A stretch of DNA of 64,000 bases from NCBI GenBank assembly GCA_040767085.1, contig JAXGPF010000005.1, positions 288,001-352,000 on the forward strand, given 5' to 3'. This DNA comes from Kiritimatiellia bacterium (GTDB lineage Bacteria > Verrucomicrobiota > Kiritimatiellia > JAAZAB01). Below are positions 1-10,143 of this stretch, piece after piece. The stretch's first letter is position 1. Each line of letters opens with the position of its first letter. Position numbers and translations under genes: made by a program. The notes under the pieces are model-generated. The model worked only from the letters and a program-made list of their open reading frames with translations. It was not told the DNA's origin and made no database searches.

Positions 1-603
1 ATTGACCGCCTCGAAGGGCGCGCCCGCGCGGTCGCCGCCGAAATGCAGTTCGCGGGCGATCAACTCCTTGCCGACGCCGCTTTCGCCGACAATCAGAACC
101 GTCGCGCGGGTGGAAGCCACCGCCCGCACCCGGTCGAGCACCGCCCGCATCCCGTCGGAAGCAAAGACCAGCGGGCGCGCCCCCTGCCGTTCCGACAGGG
201 CCGCCTGCAGCCGCCCGACTTCCGCGCGCAGCCGGACAGTTTCGCCCGCGCGCGCTACCTTGGCCTGCAAGTCCGCCAGGTCCAGCGGCTTCAGGATGTA
301 GTCATACGCGCCGGCTTGCAGGGCGGCAACCGCGGTGGCGACCGTGCCGTAGGCTGTCATCAACAGGACCGGCAGCGCCGGCAGACGCCGGCGGATGCGT
401 TCCAGCACCTCCAGTCCGCTGATATCCGGCAGGCGGACATCCGAAAGGACCAGATCAAACTCCCCCCGCTCCAACTCGGCCAGGCCGGCGGCGCCGGCGG
501 GGGCGGCGACCACCCGATGCCCGGCCGACTCCAGCGCATCCACCACCGAGCGCCGGCCGTCGGGATCGTCCTCGATGACCAGGATGTTTAAAGCGGTTTG
601 CAT
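1..603 (-). CDS. Sigma-54-dependent (NtrC-family) response regulator, 3' end outside the window
   Basis: Manual minus-strand translation from ATG at 603 gives MQTALNILVIEDDPDGRRSVVDALESAGH (receiver domain) and later VASTRATVLIVGESGVGKELIARELH (Walker A of sigma-54 activators). It is absent from the ORF track because it has no stop inside the window. Confidence 0.9.
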   Translation of the reverse strand, partial: MQTALNILVIEDDPDGRRSVVDALESAGHRVVAAPAGAAGLAELERGEFDLVLSDVRLPDISGLEVLERIRRRLPALPVLLMTAYGTVATAVAALQAGAYDYILKPLDLADLQAKVARAGETVRLRAEVGRLQAALSERQGARPLVFASDGMRAVLDRVRAVASTRATVLIVGESGVGKELIARELHFGGDRAGAPFEAVN

Positions 604-663
604 TGCCTTGGCAATTGTGCTATATGTTGTTTAAATTTAACAGAACGCGGGGAAAAAGCCAAG

Positions 664-1992
664 ATGTTGTTCCACTACCGCAAAATCGGACGCCGCGATT
701 TCATCGCCCTTTCCGCCGGCGCCGCGGCCGCCTGGTGCGCCGGCTGCGCCACCAATCCCGTCACCGGCCGCAAACAATTAATGCTGCTGTCGGAAGACGG
801 TGAAATTGACATTGACCGCCAGAACGCGCCGCACCAGTTTTCCGCCGATTACGGCGCCAGCCAGCAGCCCGGCCTGAACGAATACCTCGCGCAAATCTGC
901 AAAGACCTGGCCGCGCATTCCCACCGGCCGCTCCGCCCTTACGCCTGCCGGGGCGTCAACGCCACTTACGTCAACGCCTACACCTTTCCGGCCGGCTCCA
1001 TGGCCGTCACCCGCGGCATGCTGCTGGCCATGGGCAGCGAGGCCGAACTGGCGGCCGTCCTGGGCCATGAGATCGGCCATGTCTGTTCCCGCCACACGGG
1101 CAGCAATCTCACCCGCAGCATGCTGACCGGGATGGTGATGTCGGGCGTCAACGCCTACGTGCAGATCCAGCATGAGGAATACGCCAACATCGCCGCCGGC
1201 GTCGGCATGGTGGCCGGCGGCGCGTGGCTGGCGCGCTACAGCCGGGCGGACGAGCGCCAGGCGGACGCCTTGGGGCTGGAATACATGACGCGTGCGGGCT
1301 ATAATCCCTCAGGCTGCATCGCCCTGATGGATATCCTGCGGAAAATGTCCAAAAACGAGCCCGGCTTGATCGAGTTGATGTTCGCCACCCATCCCATGAG
1401 CGAAGAACGCTACCAGACCGCGGTCCAGGCCGTGGAAACCAAGTACCGCCAGATGCGTTCATTACCGGACCACCGCGAACGCTACCTCGACATGACCGCG
1501 CCCATCCGGGCGCAAAAGGAAGCCATCCAGTTAATGCAAAAAGGCGACCAGGCCCTGGCCGCCGGCAAGCCCGCCCGGGCCGCGCCGCAACTGGAGGCCG
1601 CCCTGCGCCTGGCGCCGGACGATTACACCGCCCTGTTGCTGCTCGCCAAATGCCGCCTGGCCCAGGACCGCGCCGGCGAAGCCCGGCGCCTGGCGGAGTC
1701 CGCCCGGCAGGTTTACCCGGCCGAAGCCCAGGCCTGGCACATCGCCGGCCTGGCCTGCCTGGCCGGCCGCCATTACGCCGATGCCTTGAACAATTTCAAC
1801 CGCTATAATGCCATCCTGCCCGGCAATCCGCTGAACGTTTTTTTCCGCGGATTTGCCTTGGAAAACCTCCAGCGCAAACCCGAAGCGGCCCGCTGTTACA
1901 TGGAATTCCTCCAGGACACACGGGAAGGCGACCAGGCGCAGCACGCCTACCGGCGCCTGGTGGAATGGGGATACCTCCAGCCGGCCGTTTAG
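664..1992 (+). CDS. M48-family zinc metalloprotease with TPR repeats (BepA/YfgC-like), probable Tat lipoprotein
   Basis: HEIGH motif, YSRADERQAD and THP motifs, C-terminal TPR-like helices. The N-terminus RRDFIALS...CAGC fits a twin-arginine signal plus lipobox. Start placed at ATG 664. Confidence 0.88.
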   Translation: MLFHYRKIGRRDFIALSAGAAAAWCAGCATNPVTGRKQLMLLSEDGEIDIDRQNAPHQFSADYGASQQPGLNEYLAQICKDLAAHSHRPLRPYACRGVNATYVNAYTFPAGSMAVTRGMLLAMGSEAELAAVLGHEIGHVCSRHTGSNLTRSMLTGMVMSGVNAYVQIQHEEYANIAAGVGMVAGGAWLARYSRADERQADALGLEYMTRAGYNPSGCIALMDILRKMSKNEPGLIELMFATHPMSEERYQTAVQAVETKYRQMRSLPDHRERYLDMTAPIRAQKEAIQLMQKGDQALAAGKPARAAPQLEAALRLAPDDYTALLLLAKCRLAQDRAGEARRLAESARQVYPAEAQAWHIAGLACLAGRHYADALNNFNRYNAILPGNPLNVFFRGFALENLQRKPEAARCYMEFLQDTREGDQAQHAYRRLVEWGYLQPAV

Positions 1993-1994
1993 GG

Positions 1995-3447
1995 TGTCGG
2001 GGGAAAAGCAAAAGCGGAATGCTGGAGCGAGCAAAAGCGGAAAGGGAGTGGAAAGGCTGGGATCGGGAATAAGAGGAGTGGAAGGTGCTGGTACGGATAT
2101 GGTTGCGAAGGAGAGGGGCAAGGATGTGACGCCCCCTAGGGGGCGCGCGCCCGTGGAGCGAGCAAAAGCGGAATGCGGTCTATAATGACCGCATGAAAAA
2201 ACAAATAGGATCCCGGTTGGGCTTGGCACATGTTCATGACGTGCTCAAGCAGGTGTGTGAAGGAACGATGACCATCGAGCAGGCTTGTGAATCCTTGGGG
2301 ATGGGCAAGACCAGGCTCTACGAGTTGCGTAGTAGCTATCTAAAGGCACGCGCAGCGGGCAAAGATGCTGTTTGGCGGCCAGGCATATCCGGTGGCAATC
2401 ATGCGGCGCCATGGGATGAAAACGTTGTGAGTTTCCTGAAGGCCGCCATCCGCAATGGTTACAACTATGCATTTGCGGCCAGCGAGGTGGATCGTCAATA
2501 CGGCATTACACTGGCTCGCTCCCAAGTCCGTCATTGGGCGATACGCGAAGGAATTTGCCCGACCCCAAAACCACCTCGTCTTCCTGTTCACCTGAGGCGC
2601 TGGCAACGCCAAGCCGTTGGTGAACTTTGGCAGATGGATGCCACCCCGGATCATTGGTTTGGCCGTGAGGAGCCGGCTTATCCACTGCTGGACATGCTCG
2701 ACGACTGCAGTCGTATGCAAGTGGGATGTGCCATCTACCGCCGCGAGAATATACCCGCCTACCTGCATTTCTTGCACAACGCATTCATGGAGCATGGGTT
2801 GCCTCTGCAAATCTATGTAGATCAAGCAGGGATATTCACGGCGCACAAGGAAGACAACGTGACCTGCATCGAGCAACGCCTGATGTTCTACGACGTGTCG
2901 TTCATCGTTGCCAATACCCCTGAAGCAAAGGGCAAGGTCGAACGGATCCACCAAGTCTGGCAAGATCGGTTGCCGCCATACTTTGCCCATAACGGTCTGT
3001 CCACATCTTCCGAATTAGAAGAGGTAAACCGGCACATTTACGCGCTGCGTGATCATCGGAACCGGCGTGAGCGCCATCGTGAACTGGGCATGACGCCACA
3101 GACGGCTTGGGACAATGCCATCGCACAGGGTCGAAACAAGCTGCGCCCCGTCCCCAAGGACCCTTGGTGGAACTACGTCTGGTCTCTATGGCATCCCGTC
3201 ACGATCGCCGTGGGCGGTCGCGTCCAATTCCGACAAGGCTCTTTCCCTACTCGGGGTAGCCTTGGCACCAGGGCCATTGTATGTGAACATCTGGACGGAA
3301 CCGTCTCGATCATCAAGGAGCGGCCAGACAAGCTCAAACGCCCCGTCGTTCTGTTCACCAACCGGCCTCACTAACCAGACTGATTGTATGCGTTTCTTTT
3401 CCGCTTTTGCTCGCTCCAATAATTCCGCTTTTGAAAACTCCACGACA
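1995..3447 (+). mobile_element. IS1202-family-like (formerly ISNCY) insertion sequence, 1453 bp, with 16-bp target duplication
   Basis: Ends TGTCGGGGGAAAAGCAAAAGCGGAAT and ATTCCGCTTTTGAAAACTCCACGACA. Direct repeat AGCCGGCCGTTTAGGG at 1979-1994 and 3448-3463. Repeated CAAAAGCGGAA boxes near both ends. Confidence 0.88.
2193..3374 (+). CDS. DDE transposase (integrase-core, IS481/IS1202-like)
   Basis: N-terminal HTH; GELWQMDATPDHW, LDDCSR, PLQIYVDQAGIF and PEAKGKVERIHQVWQDRL motifs. Confidence 0.92.
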   Translation: MKKQIGSRLGLAHVHDVLKQVCEGTMTIEQACESLGMGKTRLYELRSSYLKARAAGKDAVWRPGISGGNHAAPWDENVVSFLKAAIRNGYNYAFAASEVDRQYGITLARSQVRHWAIREGICPTPKPPRLPVHLRRWQRQAVGELWQMDATPDHWFGREEPAYPLLDMLDDCSRMQVGCAIYRRENIPAYLHFLHNAFMEHGLPLQIYVDQAGIFTAHKEDNVTCIEQRLMFYDVSFIVANTPEAKGKVERIHQVWQDRLPPYFAHNGLSTSSELEEVNRHIYALRDHRNRRERHRELGMTPQTAWDNAIAQGRNKLRPVPKDPWWNYVWSLWHPVTIAVGGRVQFRQGSFPTRGSLGTRAIVCEHLDGTVSIIKERPDKLKRPVVLFTNRPH

Positions 3448-3463
3448 AGCCGGCCGTTTAGGG

Positions 3464-3491
3464 TTGACTTATTTGTCGCTCCGATTAGTAT
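3464..3491 (+). promoter_or_regulatory. Putative sigma70 promoter of gnd
   Basis: TTGACT-N16-TAGTAT about 50 bp upstream of the gnd ATG, immediately after the IS right target duplication. Confidence 0.4.
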
Positions 3492-3538
3492 GTATTTTTC
3501 GCTTTTTGGCAGAATAACCACGACAGGAGAAAATCAAA

Positions 3539-4990
3539 ATGCAACAAGCTGACATCGGTCTGATCGGTTTGGCGGTGATGGGCGAAAACCTGGTGTTGAA
3601 CATGGAAAGCAAGGGGTTTACCGTCGCCGTGTTCAACCGGACGGTCTCCAAGGTGGACAACTTCGTCAAGGGCCGCGCCCAGGGCAAAAAAATCATCGGC
3701 TGCCACAGTGCCCAGGAACTCGTGGCCAGCCTGAAAAGCCCGCGCAAAATCATGATCATGGTCAAGGCCGGCGCGGCCGTGGATGCCACCATTGAGCAAT
3801 TCATCCCGCTGCTATCCAAGGGCGATATCATCATTGACGGCGGCAACAGCCATTTCCCGGACACCATCCGCCGTTGCAAGGCGCTGGAGGGCAAAGGCTT
3901 GCTGTTTATCGGCACCGGCGTTTCCGGCGGCGAAGAAGGCGCCCTGCTGGGACCCAGCATGATGCCCGGCGGCAGCCCGGCCGCCTGGCCGCATGTCAAA
4001 GACATCTTCCAGTCCATCTGCGCCAAGACGGACAAAGGCGAGTCCTGCTGCGACTGGGTCGGCGAAAACGGCGCCGGGCATTTCGTCAAGATGGTGCATA
4101 ACGGCATTGAATACGGCGACATGCAGTTGATCTGCGAGACTTACCAGATGATGCGCGACGGCCTGCGGATGAGCAACCAGGAGATGCACCAGGTCTTCGC
4201 CGAATGGAACCAAGGCGAACTCGATTCCTACCTCATTGAAATCACCCGCGATATTCTCAATTACCGGGATGAAAACGGCGAGGAAGTCCTCGACAAGATT
4301 CTCGACACCGCCGGCCAGAAAGGCACGGGCAAGTGGACCGCGATGGCGGCGCTGGATGCCGGCATGCCCCTGACGCTGATCGGCGAGGCGGTGTTCGCCC
4401 GCTGCCTCTCGGCCCTCAAGGAAGAACGCGTGATCGCCGCGCGGGCCATCAAGGGCCAGGCGGCGGAATTCAAGGGCGACCGCGCTCAGATGATCGCCGA
4501 CTTGAAGCAGGCGCTTTACGCCGCGAAAATCATTTCCTACGCCCAGGGCTACCAGCTCATGCGCGCCGCGGCCGCGGAATACGGCTGGAAACTCAACAAC
4601 GGCGGCATTGCGCTGATGTGGCGCGGCGGCTGCATTATCCGCTCGGCCTTCCTCGGCAAGATCAAGGAAGCCTTCGACCGCAATCCCGACCTGGCGAACC
4701 TGCTGCTCGATCCGTTCTTCCGGAACGTCGTGGAACAGGCCCAGCCGGCCTGGCGCCGCGTCGTGGCGGCGTCCGTCAACCAGGGCATCCCCATGCCCGC
4801 CATCAGCGCCGCCCTGGCGTTTTTTGACGGCTACCGCTGCGCGCGCCTGCCCGCCAACCTGCTGCAGGCGCAACGCGACTATTTCGGCGCGCATACCTAC
4901 GAGCGCGTGGACAAGCCCCGCGGCGAATTCTTCCACACCAACTGGACGGGGCGCGGCGGCACGACGGCAGCCTCCACGTACATCGCCTGA
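3539..4990 (+). CDS. gnd: 6-phosphogluconate dehydrogenase, NADP-dependent, decarboxylating
   Basis: IGLIGLAVMGENL, GHFVKMVHNGIEYGDMQLI and QAQRDYFGAHTY signature motifs. Confidence 0.97.
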   Translation: MQQADIGLIGLAVMGENLVLNMESKGFTVAVFNRTVSKVDNFVKGRAQGKKIIGCHSAQELVASLKSPRKIMIMVKAGAAVDATIEQFIPLLSKGDIIIDGGNSHFPDTIRRCKALEGKGLLFIGTGVSGGEEGALLGPSMMPGGSPAAWPHVKDIFQSICAKTDKGESCCDWVGENGAGHFVKMVHNGIEYGDMQLICETYQMMRDGLRMSNQEMHQVFAEWNQGELDSYLIEITRDILNYRDENGEEVLDKILDTAGQKGTGKWTAMAALDAGMPLTLIGEAVFARCLSALKEERVIAARAIKGQAAEFKGDRAQMIADLKQALYAAKIISYAQGYQLMRAAAAEYGWKLNNGGIALMWRGGCIIRSAFLGKIKEAFDRNPDLANLLLDPFFRNVVEQAQPAWRRVVAASVNQGIPMPAISAALAFFDGYRCARLPANLLQAQRDYFGAHTYERVDKPRGEFFHTNWTGRGGTTAASTYIA

Positions 4991-5002
4991 GCCTGCCGCG
5001 CC

Positions 5003-5899
5003 ATGCGTCATTATACCAAATCCGACCTGGAAAATTTCCAGCCGCGGCATGCTTCATTCGTGGGGATAGACTCCGACGGCTGCGTCTTCCCCACCATGGA
5101 AATCAAGCAGAAGCAATGCTTCCACAAGTTGATTGTCGCGCATTGGAGCCTGGAAAAGATTGAAAAATACGTCCGCGAGACCGCGGAATTCGTCAATCTC
5201 TACTCCCGGCACCGGGGGCAGAACCGGTTTCCCTGCCTGCTGCTGACCATGGAATTGCTGCGGGAACGCCCGGAAGTATCGGCGGCGGGCGCGATCCTGC
5301 CCGACTTTGCATCCCTGAAAAAGTTCATCGATTCCGGCGTCCCGCTGAGCAATGGCGAATTGGAAAAAGCCGCCGCCGCCACCCGCGATCCCGGCCTGGC
5401 GCGCGTGTTGGCCTGGAGCCTGGCCGTCAACGCCGAGATAGCGCGCACGGTCAAAAACGTGGCGCCATTTCCCTGGGCGCGCGAGAGCCTGGAAAAAATC
5501 CGGGGGCATTCCGACGCCATCTGCGTTTCCCAGACTCCCACCGAGGCCCTCGTGCGCGAATGGGATGAAAACGGCCTGCTGGAATACGCCGCCATCATCG
5601 CCGGCCAGGAACTGGGCACCAAGGCCGAGCACCTGCAAATGGCGGCCGGCGGGCGTTACCCGCCGGACAAGGTGCTCATGATCGGCGACGCCCCTGGCGA
5701 TTACCGCGCGGCGCGGGCTGTGCAGGCTTGCTTCTACCCGATCAATCCCGGCGGCGAAGCGGCGTCATGGCAGCGGTTTTACAACGAAGCTTACGCCAAA
5801 TTTCTGGCCGGCGAGTACCTTGGCGCATACGCCGACCGGCTGATCGCCGAATTCGAACGGCTGCTGCCGGACACGCCTCCTTGGCAGAAAAAACACTGA
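5003..5899 (+). CDS. HAD-superfamily hydrolase
   Basis: GIDSDGCV (motif I), SQT, LMIGDAPGD (motif IV). Confidence 0.85.
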   Translation: MRHYTKSDLENFQPRHASFVGIDSDGCVFPTMEIKQKQCFHKLIVAHWSLEKIEKYVRETAEFVNLYSRHRGQNRFPCLLLTMELLRERPEVSAAGAILPDFASLKKFIDSGVPLSNGELEKAAAATRDPGLARVLAWSLAVNAEIARTVKNVAPFPWARESLEKIRGHSDAICVSQTPTEALVREWDENGLLEYAAIIAGQELGTKAEHLQMAAGGRYPPDKVLMIGDAPGDYRAARAVQACFYPINPGGEAASWQRFYNEAYAKFLAGEYLGAYADRLIAEFERLLPDTPPWQKKH

Positions 5900-6001
5900 A
5901 CACCGAACGCCTTTGACCAGATTACAACCTCAAACAACCGTTGAACCTGCTTCGACCGCTGGCAACCCCGAACACGGAAACACTCTATAAGGAATATCAT
6001 A

Positions 6002-6991
6002 ATGCAATATCCCGGATTGATTGACTTGCAGATTAACGGCCATCGCGGCGTGCATTTTTCGGCGCCGGACCTGACCCTGGAAAAAATCCGCCAGGCCACC
6101 CGCGAACTGGCGGCCGCCGGCACCGTGGCTTACTGCCCGACCGTCGTCACCTGCGCGATTGAAACCTACCGGCATAATTTGCCGCTCTTCGCCCAGGCCA
6201 TACGCGACCCGGAAATCGGGCCGCACATCCTCGGCCTGCATCTGGAAGGGCCGTTCATCTCGCCCCTGGAAGGCGCGCGCGGCGCTCACCCGCCGGAACA
6301 TATCCGCCAGCCGGACTTCAAACTGTTCCAGCAGTTCCAGGAATGGTCCGGCAATAATATCGCCATCCTCACCGTCGCTCCGGAAGTGCCGGGCGTCAAC
6401 GAGCTGATCCGGCAGGTGGCCGCGGCCGGCGTCACCGTCTCCATGGGCCATCAATTAGCCGACGACGACGCGCTGGAAGCGGCCGTCCGCGCCGGCGCCA
6501 GGGCCTGCACGCACCTCGGCAACGGCCTGCCCAACAGCATCAACCGGCACCAGAACCCGCTCTGGTGGCTGCTGGCCTGCGACGATGTCTGGGGCATGTG
6601 CATTACCGACGGCCATCATCTGCCGGAAGATTTCATCCGGGTGGCCTTGCGCGCCAAGACCCTGCGCCGGTTCGCCGTCGTAAGCGATGCCACCGACCTG
6701 GCCGGCCAGTCGCCGGGCACTTACGACTTCCAGGGGCACGCCGTGGTGCTGGAGCCCAACGGCCGCATCGGTTTTGCCGGCACGCCCTACCTCGCCGGCT
6801 CTTCCGCCACCATGCTCCAATGCATGAACCACCTGGCATCCCTGAACGTCCTGTCGGAAGCCGAATTGTGGCAGGTGGGCTTCGATAATCCGCTGCAATT
6901 GCTGGGCCGCGATCCCCGGGCCTTCGCCGCCCGCCTCCCGGAACGCAAGGTTTGGTTCCGCAACGGCCGGTTCGAGACTGTGGGCAGTTAA
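6002..6991 (+). CDS. nagA: N-acetylglucosamine-6-phosphate deacetylase-like amidohydrolase
   Basis: PGLIDLQING, GLHLEGPFIS...GAH, THLGNG, DGHHL, SDA and LAGS motifs. Confidence 0.82.
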   Translation: MQYPGLIDLQINGHRGVHFSAPDLTLEKIRQATRELAAAGTVAYCPTVVTCAIETYRHNLPLFAQAIRDPEIGPHILGLHLEGPFISPLEGARGAHPPEHIRQPDFKLFQQFQEWSGNNIAILTVAPEVPGVNELIRQVAAAGVTVSMGHQLADDDALEAAVRAGARACTHLGNGLPNSINRHQNPLWWLLACDDVWGMCITDGHHLPEDFIRVALRAKTLRRFAVVSDATDLAGQSPGTYDFQGHAVVLEPNGRIGFAGTPYLAGSSATMLQCMNHLASLNVLSEAELWQVGFDNPLQLLGRDPRAFAARLPERKVWFRNGRFETVGS

Positions 6992-8193
6992 TCCCGCCCA
7001 GGCTTTGCCGCGGGCGGATCGAGCACTTCCTCTACCCAGGGCAGCCCGCGCCGGGTCATCTGTTCCAGGAACGGATCGGGATCGAATTGCTCGACGTTGA
7101 ACACGCCCTGCCCGCGCCAGACGCCGGTCAGCATCAGCATGCCGCCGATCATGGCGGGGACGCCGGTGGTGTAGGAAATGGCCTGGGCCTGCGCCTCGCG
7201 GTAGCACGCGGCATGGTCGCAGATGTTGTATATGTAAACCCTTTTGGGCCGGCCATCCCGCACGCCTTCGATCAGGCAGCCGATATTGGTCTTACCGCGG
7301 TAATGCTCCGCCAGCGACGTCGGCTCCGGCAGCACCGCCTTCAGGAATTTCAGCGGCACGATTGGCTTGCCGTCATACATGACCGGATCAATGCGGGTCA
7401 GGCCGACATTCTGCAGCACGCGCAGATGCGTCAGGTATTCCCCGCTGAAAGTCATCCAGAACCGGATGCGCCGCAGGCCGGGCAGATGGCGGACCAGCGA
7501 CTCCAGCTCCTCGTGGTAGAGCAAATACATCTCGCGGGGGCCGATCCCGGGGAAATCGAAAGACCGGTGCACCGACAACGGCTCGACTTCGCGCCACTGC
7601 CCGTTCTCCCAGAACTTGCCGCGCTGGGTAATCTCGCGGATATTGATCTCGGGATTGAAGTTGGTGGCGAATGGCCGGCCGTGTTCTCCGGCATTGCAGT
7701 CCATGATGTCCACGCTGTGAATTTCATCAAAGTGGTGCTTCAGGGCGTAGGCGCAGAAGACATTCGTCGCGCCGGGATCGAAGCCGCAGCCCAGCAGCGC
7801 CATGATCCCGCGCTCGCGGAAGCGCTCGTGGTAATTCCACTGCCATTGGTAGCAGAACCGGGCTTCGTCCGGCGGCTCGTAATTGGCGGTATCCAGGTAA
7901 TCCACGCCGGTTGCCAGGCACGCCTCCATGATGGACAAATCCTGGTAAGGCAGGGCGAGGTTCATGACCAGCCGCGGACGGTGGGTTTGAATCAAAGCCG
8001 CGACTTCCGCCGGGTTGTCGGCGTCCACCCGGGCAATGTCGATCGGACGCGGCAGGCGGTCGCGGATGCGTTCGCACTTGTCCAGCGTCCGGCTGGCCAG
8101 GCAGATTTCCGCGAAAACTTCCGGCGCCATGGCGCACTTGTACGCCGCCACGCCGCCGACGCCGCCGGCGCCAATGATCAGTACTTTATGCAT
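6988..8193 (-). CDS. Saccharopine dehydrogenase family protein (carboxynorspermidine/carboxyspermidine dehydrogenase-like)
   Basis: IIGAGGVG, YLDTANYEP, GCGFDPG, FATNFNPEINIRE and QAISYTTGVPA motifs. Confidence 0.88.
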   Translation of the reverse strand: MHKVLIIGAGGVGGVAAYKCAMAPEVFAEICLASRTLDKCERIRDRLPRPIDIARVDADNPAEVAALIQTHRPRLVMNLALPYQDLSIMEACLATGVDYLDTANYEPPDEARFCYQWQWNYHERFRERGIMALLGCGFDPGATNVFCAYALKHHFDEIHSVDIMDCNAGEHGRPFATNFNPEINIREITQRGKFWENGQWREVEPLSVHRSFDFPGIGPREMYLLYHEELESLVRHLPGLRRIRFWMTFSGEYLTHLRVLQNVGLTRIDPVMYDGKPIVPLKFLKAVLPEPTSLAEHYRGKTNIGCLIEGVRDGRPKRVYIYNICDHAACYREAQAQAISYTTGVPAMIGGMLMLTGVWRGQGVFNVEQFDPDPFLEQMTRRGLPWVEEVLDPPAAKPGRD

Positions 8194-8205
8194 GCCGCCC
8201 CATTA

Positions 8206-9237
8206 TTAAAACTCAATCATAGCCTTGATCACGCCGTCACGGTAACCGGACACCAATTCGAACGCCTCCGCCGTGCGCGGCATGGGAAAGCGGTGCGTGA
8301 CCATGAAATCCACGTCCAGCAAGCCGGCGGCCATCAATTTCAGGGTGTCGTCCGCACAGCCGCATTGACGCCGGACATTCAGCACGCGCACTTCCGCCCG
8401 GCGCGCCTGGTCAATGACCAGTCCCATGCGCTCGGTTTCCGGAATCCCGATCAACATCAAACGGCCGCCGGGCCGCATCAAGGCCACGGCCTGGTCCAAC
8501 GCCGCCTGCTGGCCGCAGCATTCGAAAACCGCGTCCAGCCCGCCCGGCGCCGCGGCCCGGATGCGTTCCACCAGATCAGCCTCCGGCGCACCGGACCAGT
8601 CCGCCCCGGCCGCGCGCGCCGCGCGCGCCCGGTAATCCAGCGGATCCGCGGCATATACCTCCGCCGCGCCCAGCAGCCGGACGCATCGGAGGACGCTCAG
8701 GCCGATCGGGCCGCAGCCCAGGATGCCCGCCCGCGCGCCTTTCAGCGGCAGCGCGCCGCGCGCGGCATAAAGCCCAATCGCCAGCGGTTCCGACAAAGCC
8801 CCCTGCGCCGGCGACATGCCCTCGGCCAGCCGCAGGCAACAATGCGCCGGCATCACCAGCCGCTCGGCAAGGCAACCCTCAGCCTGGCCGGGGCAACCCA
8901 GGAACTTCAAGTTGCGGCAGGTATGCGGCCGGCCGGCCTGGCATTGGTCGCAGGTTCCGCAAGGCATCGCCGGGTCCACCGCCACGCGGTCGCCCGGACG
9001 CAGATGCCGCACCGCCGGGCCAGCCTGTTCGACCACACCCGCGCACTCGTGGCCCAGGGTGAAGGGATAGCGCACTACCTGGCTGCCGATGCGGCCGGTG
9101 TTGTAGTAATGCACATCGGACCCGCATACGCCCACGGCGGAAATACGCAGCAGAACATCCTCCGGCCGTCGCAACTGCGGCTCAGGCGCGTCGCAAATTT
9201 CCAACCGGCGCAAAGCCGTCAATCGCACCGCCTGCAT
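8206..9237 (-). CDS. Zinc-dependent alcohol/polyol dehydrogenase (sorbitol/threonine dehydrogenase-like)
   Basis: GVCGSDVH, LGHECAG, CxxCxxC...C structural zinc site, GCGPIG. Start placed at MQAVRL (9237). Confidence 0.9.
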   Translation of the reverse strand: MQAVRLTALRRLEICDAPEPQLRRPEDVLLRISAVGVCGSDVHYYNTGRIGSQVVRYPFTLGHECAGVVEQAGPAVRHLRPGDRVAVDPAMPCGTCDQCQAGRPHTCRNLKFLGCPGQAEGCLAERLVMPAHCCLRLAEGMSPAQGALSEPLAIGLYAARGALPLKGARAGILGCGPIGLSVLRCVRLLGAAEVYAADPLDYRARAARAAGADWSGAPEADLVERIRAAAPGGLDAVFECCGQQAALDQAVALMRPGGRLMLIGIPETERMGLVIDQARRAEVRVLNVRRQCGCADDTLKLMAAGLLDVDFMVTHRFPMPRTAEAFELVSGYRDGVIKAMIEF

Positions 9238-9370
9238 AAAACACCTCGCCTCAATCCCAACCGTTCGCCCGCCATCCCGCGCCGGCCGCCGCACAGCGCG
9301 CGTTCCATCCAATCGCCAATCCGGTTTTAAGTTTGCCATGTTTTCCCGCCGAAAGCAAGCCGGGGTTGGC

Positions 9371-9399
9371 TTGACGGAAACCGCTCCGCGGTCTATCAT
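9371..9399 (+). promoter_or_regulatory. Putative sigma70 promoter
   Basis: TTGACG-N17-TATCAT upstream of the DJ-1/PfpI gene. Confidence 0.5.
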
Positions 9400-9451
9400 G
9401 CCGCTGTATTAAATCCGGCGCTGAATAATCATCCCATAGGAGCATCCGCAC

Positions 9452-9994
9452 ATGAAACCCGGGCAACTGCTGAAAAACCGATCGGTATTGATGATTCTGG
9501 CGCCCAAAGGCTTCCAGGATGACGAGTTCGGCATACCTTGCGATCTGCTCGATCAACTGGGGGCAGCCATCACCATTGCCAGCACACGCAAGGGCGCATT
9601 GCACGGCATTGCGGGTAAAACGACCATCGCCCATGGCACCGTCGATACGTACGCGGCGGAGGATTTCGATGCCCTGCTGTTTATCGGCGGGCCGGGCGCG
9701 GATATCTTTTACCATAACACCGCCGCCCACCGGCTGGCGCAAGCCGCCTTGGCCGGGGAACGCATCAAGGTTCTGGGGGCCATCTGCATCGCGCCGGTGA
9801 CCCTGGCCAACGCCGGCGTGCTGCGCGGCAGGCGCGCCACGGCTTTCCCCGACGTGCAGGGATTGCTGGCCGCCCAGGGCGCCATCCTGGAAACACACTC
9901 GCCGGTCGTGCAGGACGGCAAAATCATCACCGCCGCGGGCCCGCATGCGGCATCGGAATTCGCGCATCAAATCGTCAACGCGCTGTTGCCGTAA
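9452..9994 (+). CDS. DJ-1/PfpI family protein
   Basis: GFQDDEF, LFIGGPG, GAICIAP (catalytic Cys), VVQDGKIITAAGP. Confidence 0.92.
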   Translation: MKPGQLLKNRSVLMILAPKGFQDDEFGIPCDLLDQLGAAITIASTRKGALHGIAGKTTIAHGTVDTYAAEDFDALLFIGGPGADIFYHNTAAHRLAQAALAGERIKVLGAICIAPVTLANAGVLRGRRATAFPDVQGLLAAQGAILETHSPVVQDGKIITAAGPHAASEFAHQIVNALLP

Positions 9995-10143
9995 GCTCCA
10001 GCGGCGGCCGCCCTGCCAAAATTTGAATACGTTGGAACGGTTCCGAAGGTAGGGCGCGCAGTCCCTTGCGCGCCGTTCCGGAAAACCAGAGGCGGCCAAG
10101 GCGCGGGCCGCGCTGGCGGGCCTGGCCGATCCGCCAAAACCGG

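Noticed and set aside
43-591. Plus-strand ORFs at the window start
   Set aside because: Shadows of the minus-strand NtrC-type regulator.
6952-9330. 792-aa plus-strand ORF, and similar long ORFs such as 17624-19273, 27509-29056, 32355-33929 and 54768-56180
   Set aside because: Antisense shadows of well-supported genes in high-GC DNA, with no recognisable motifs.
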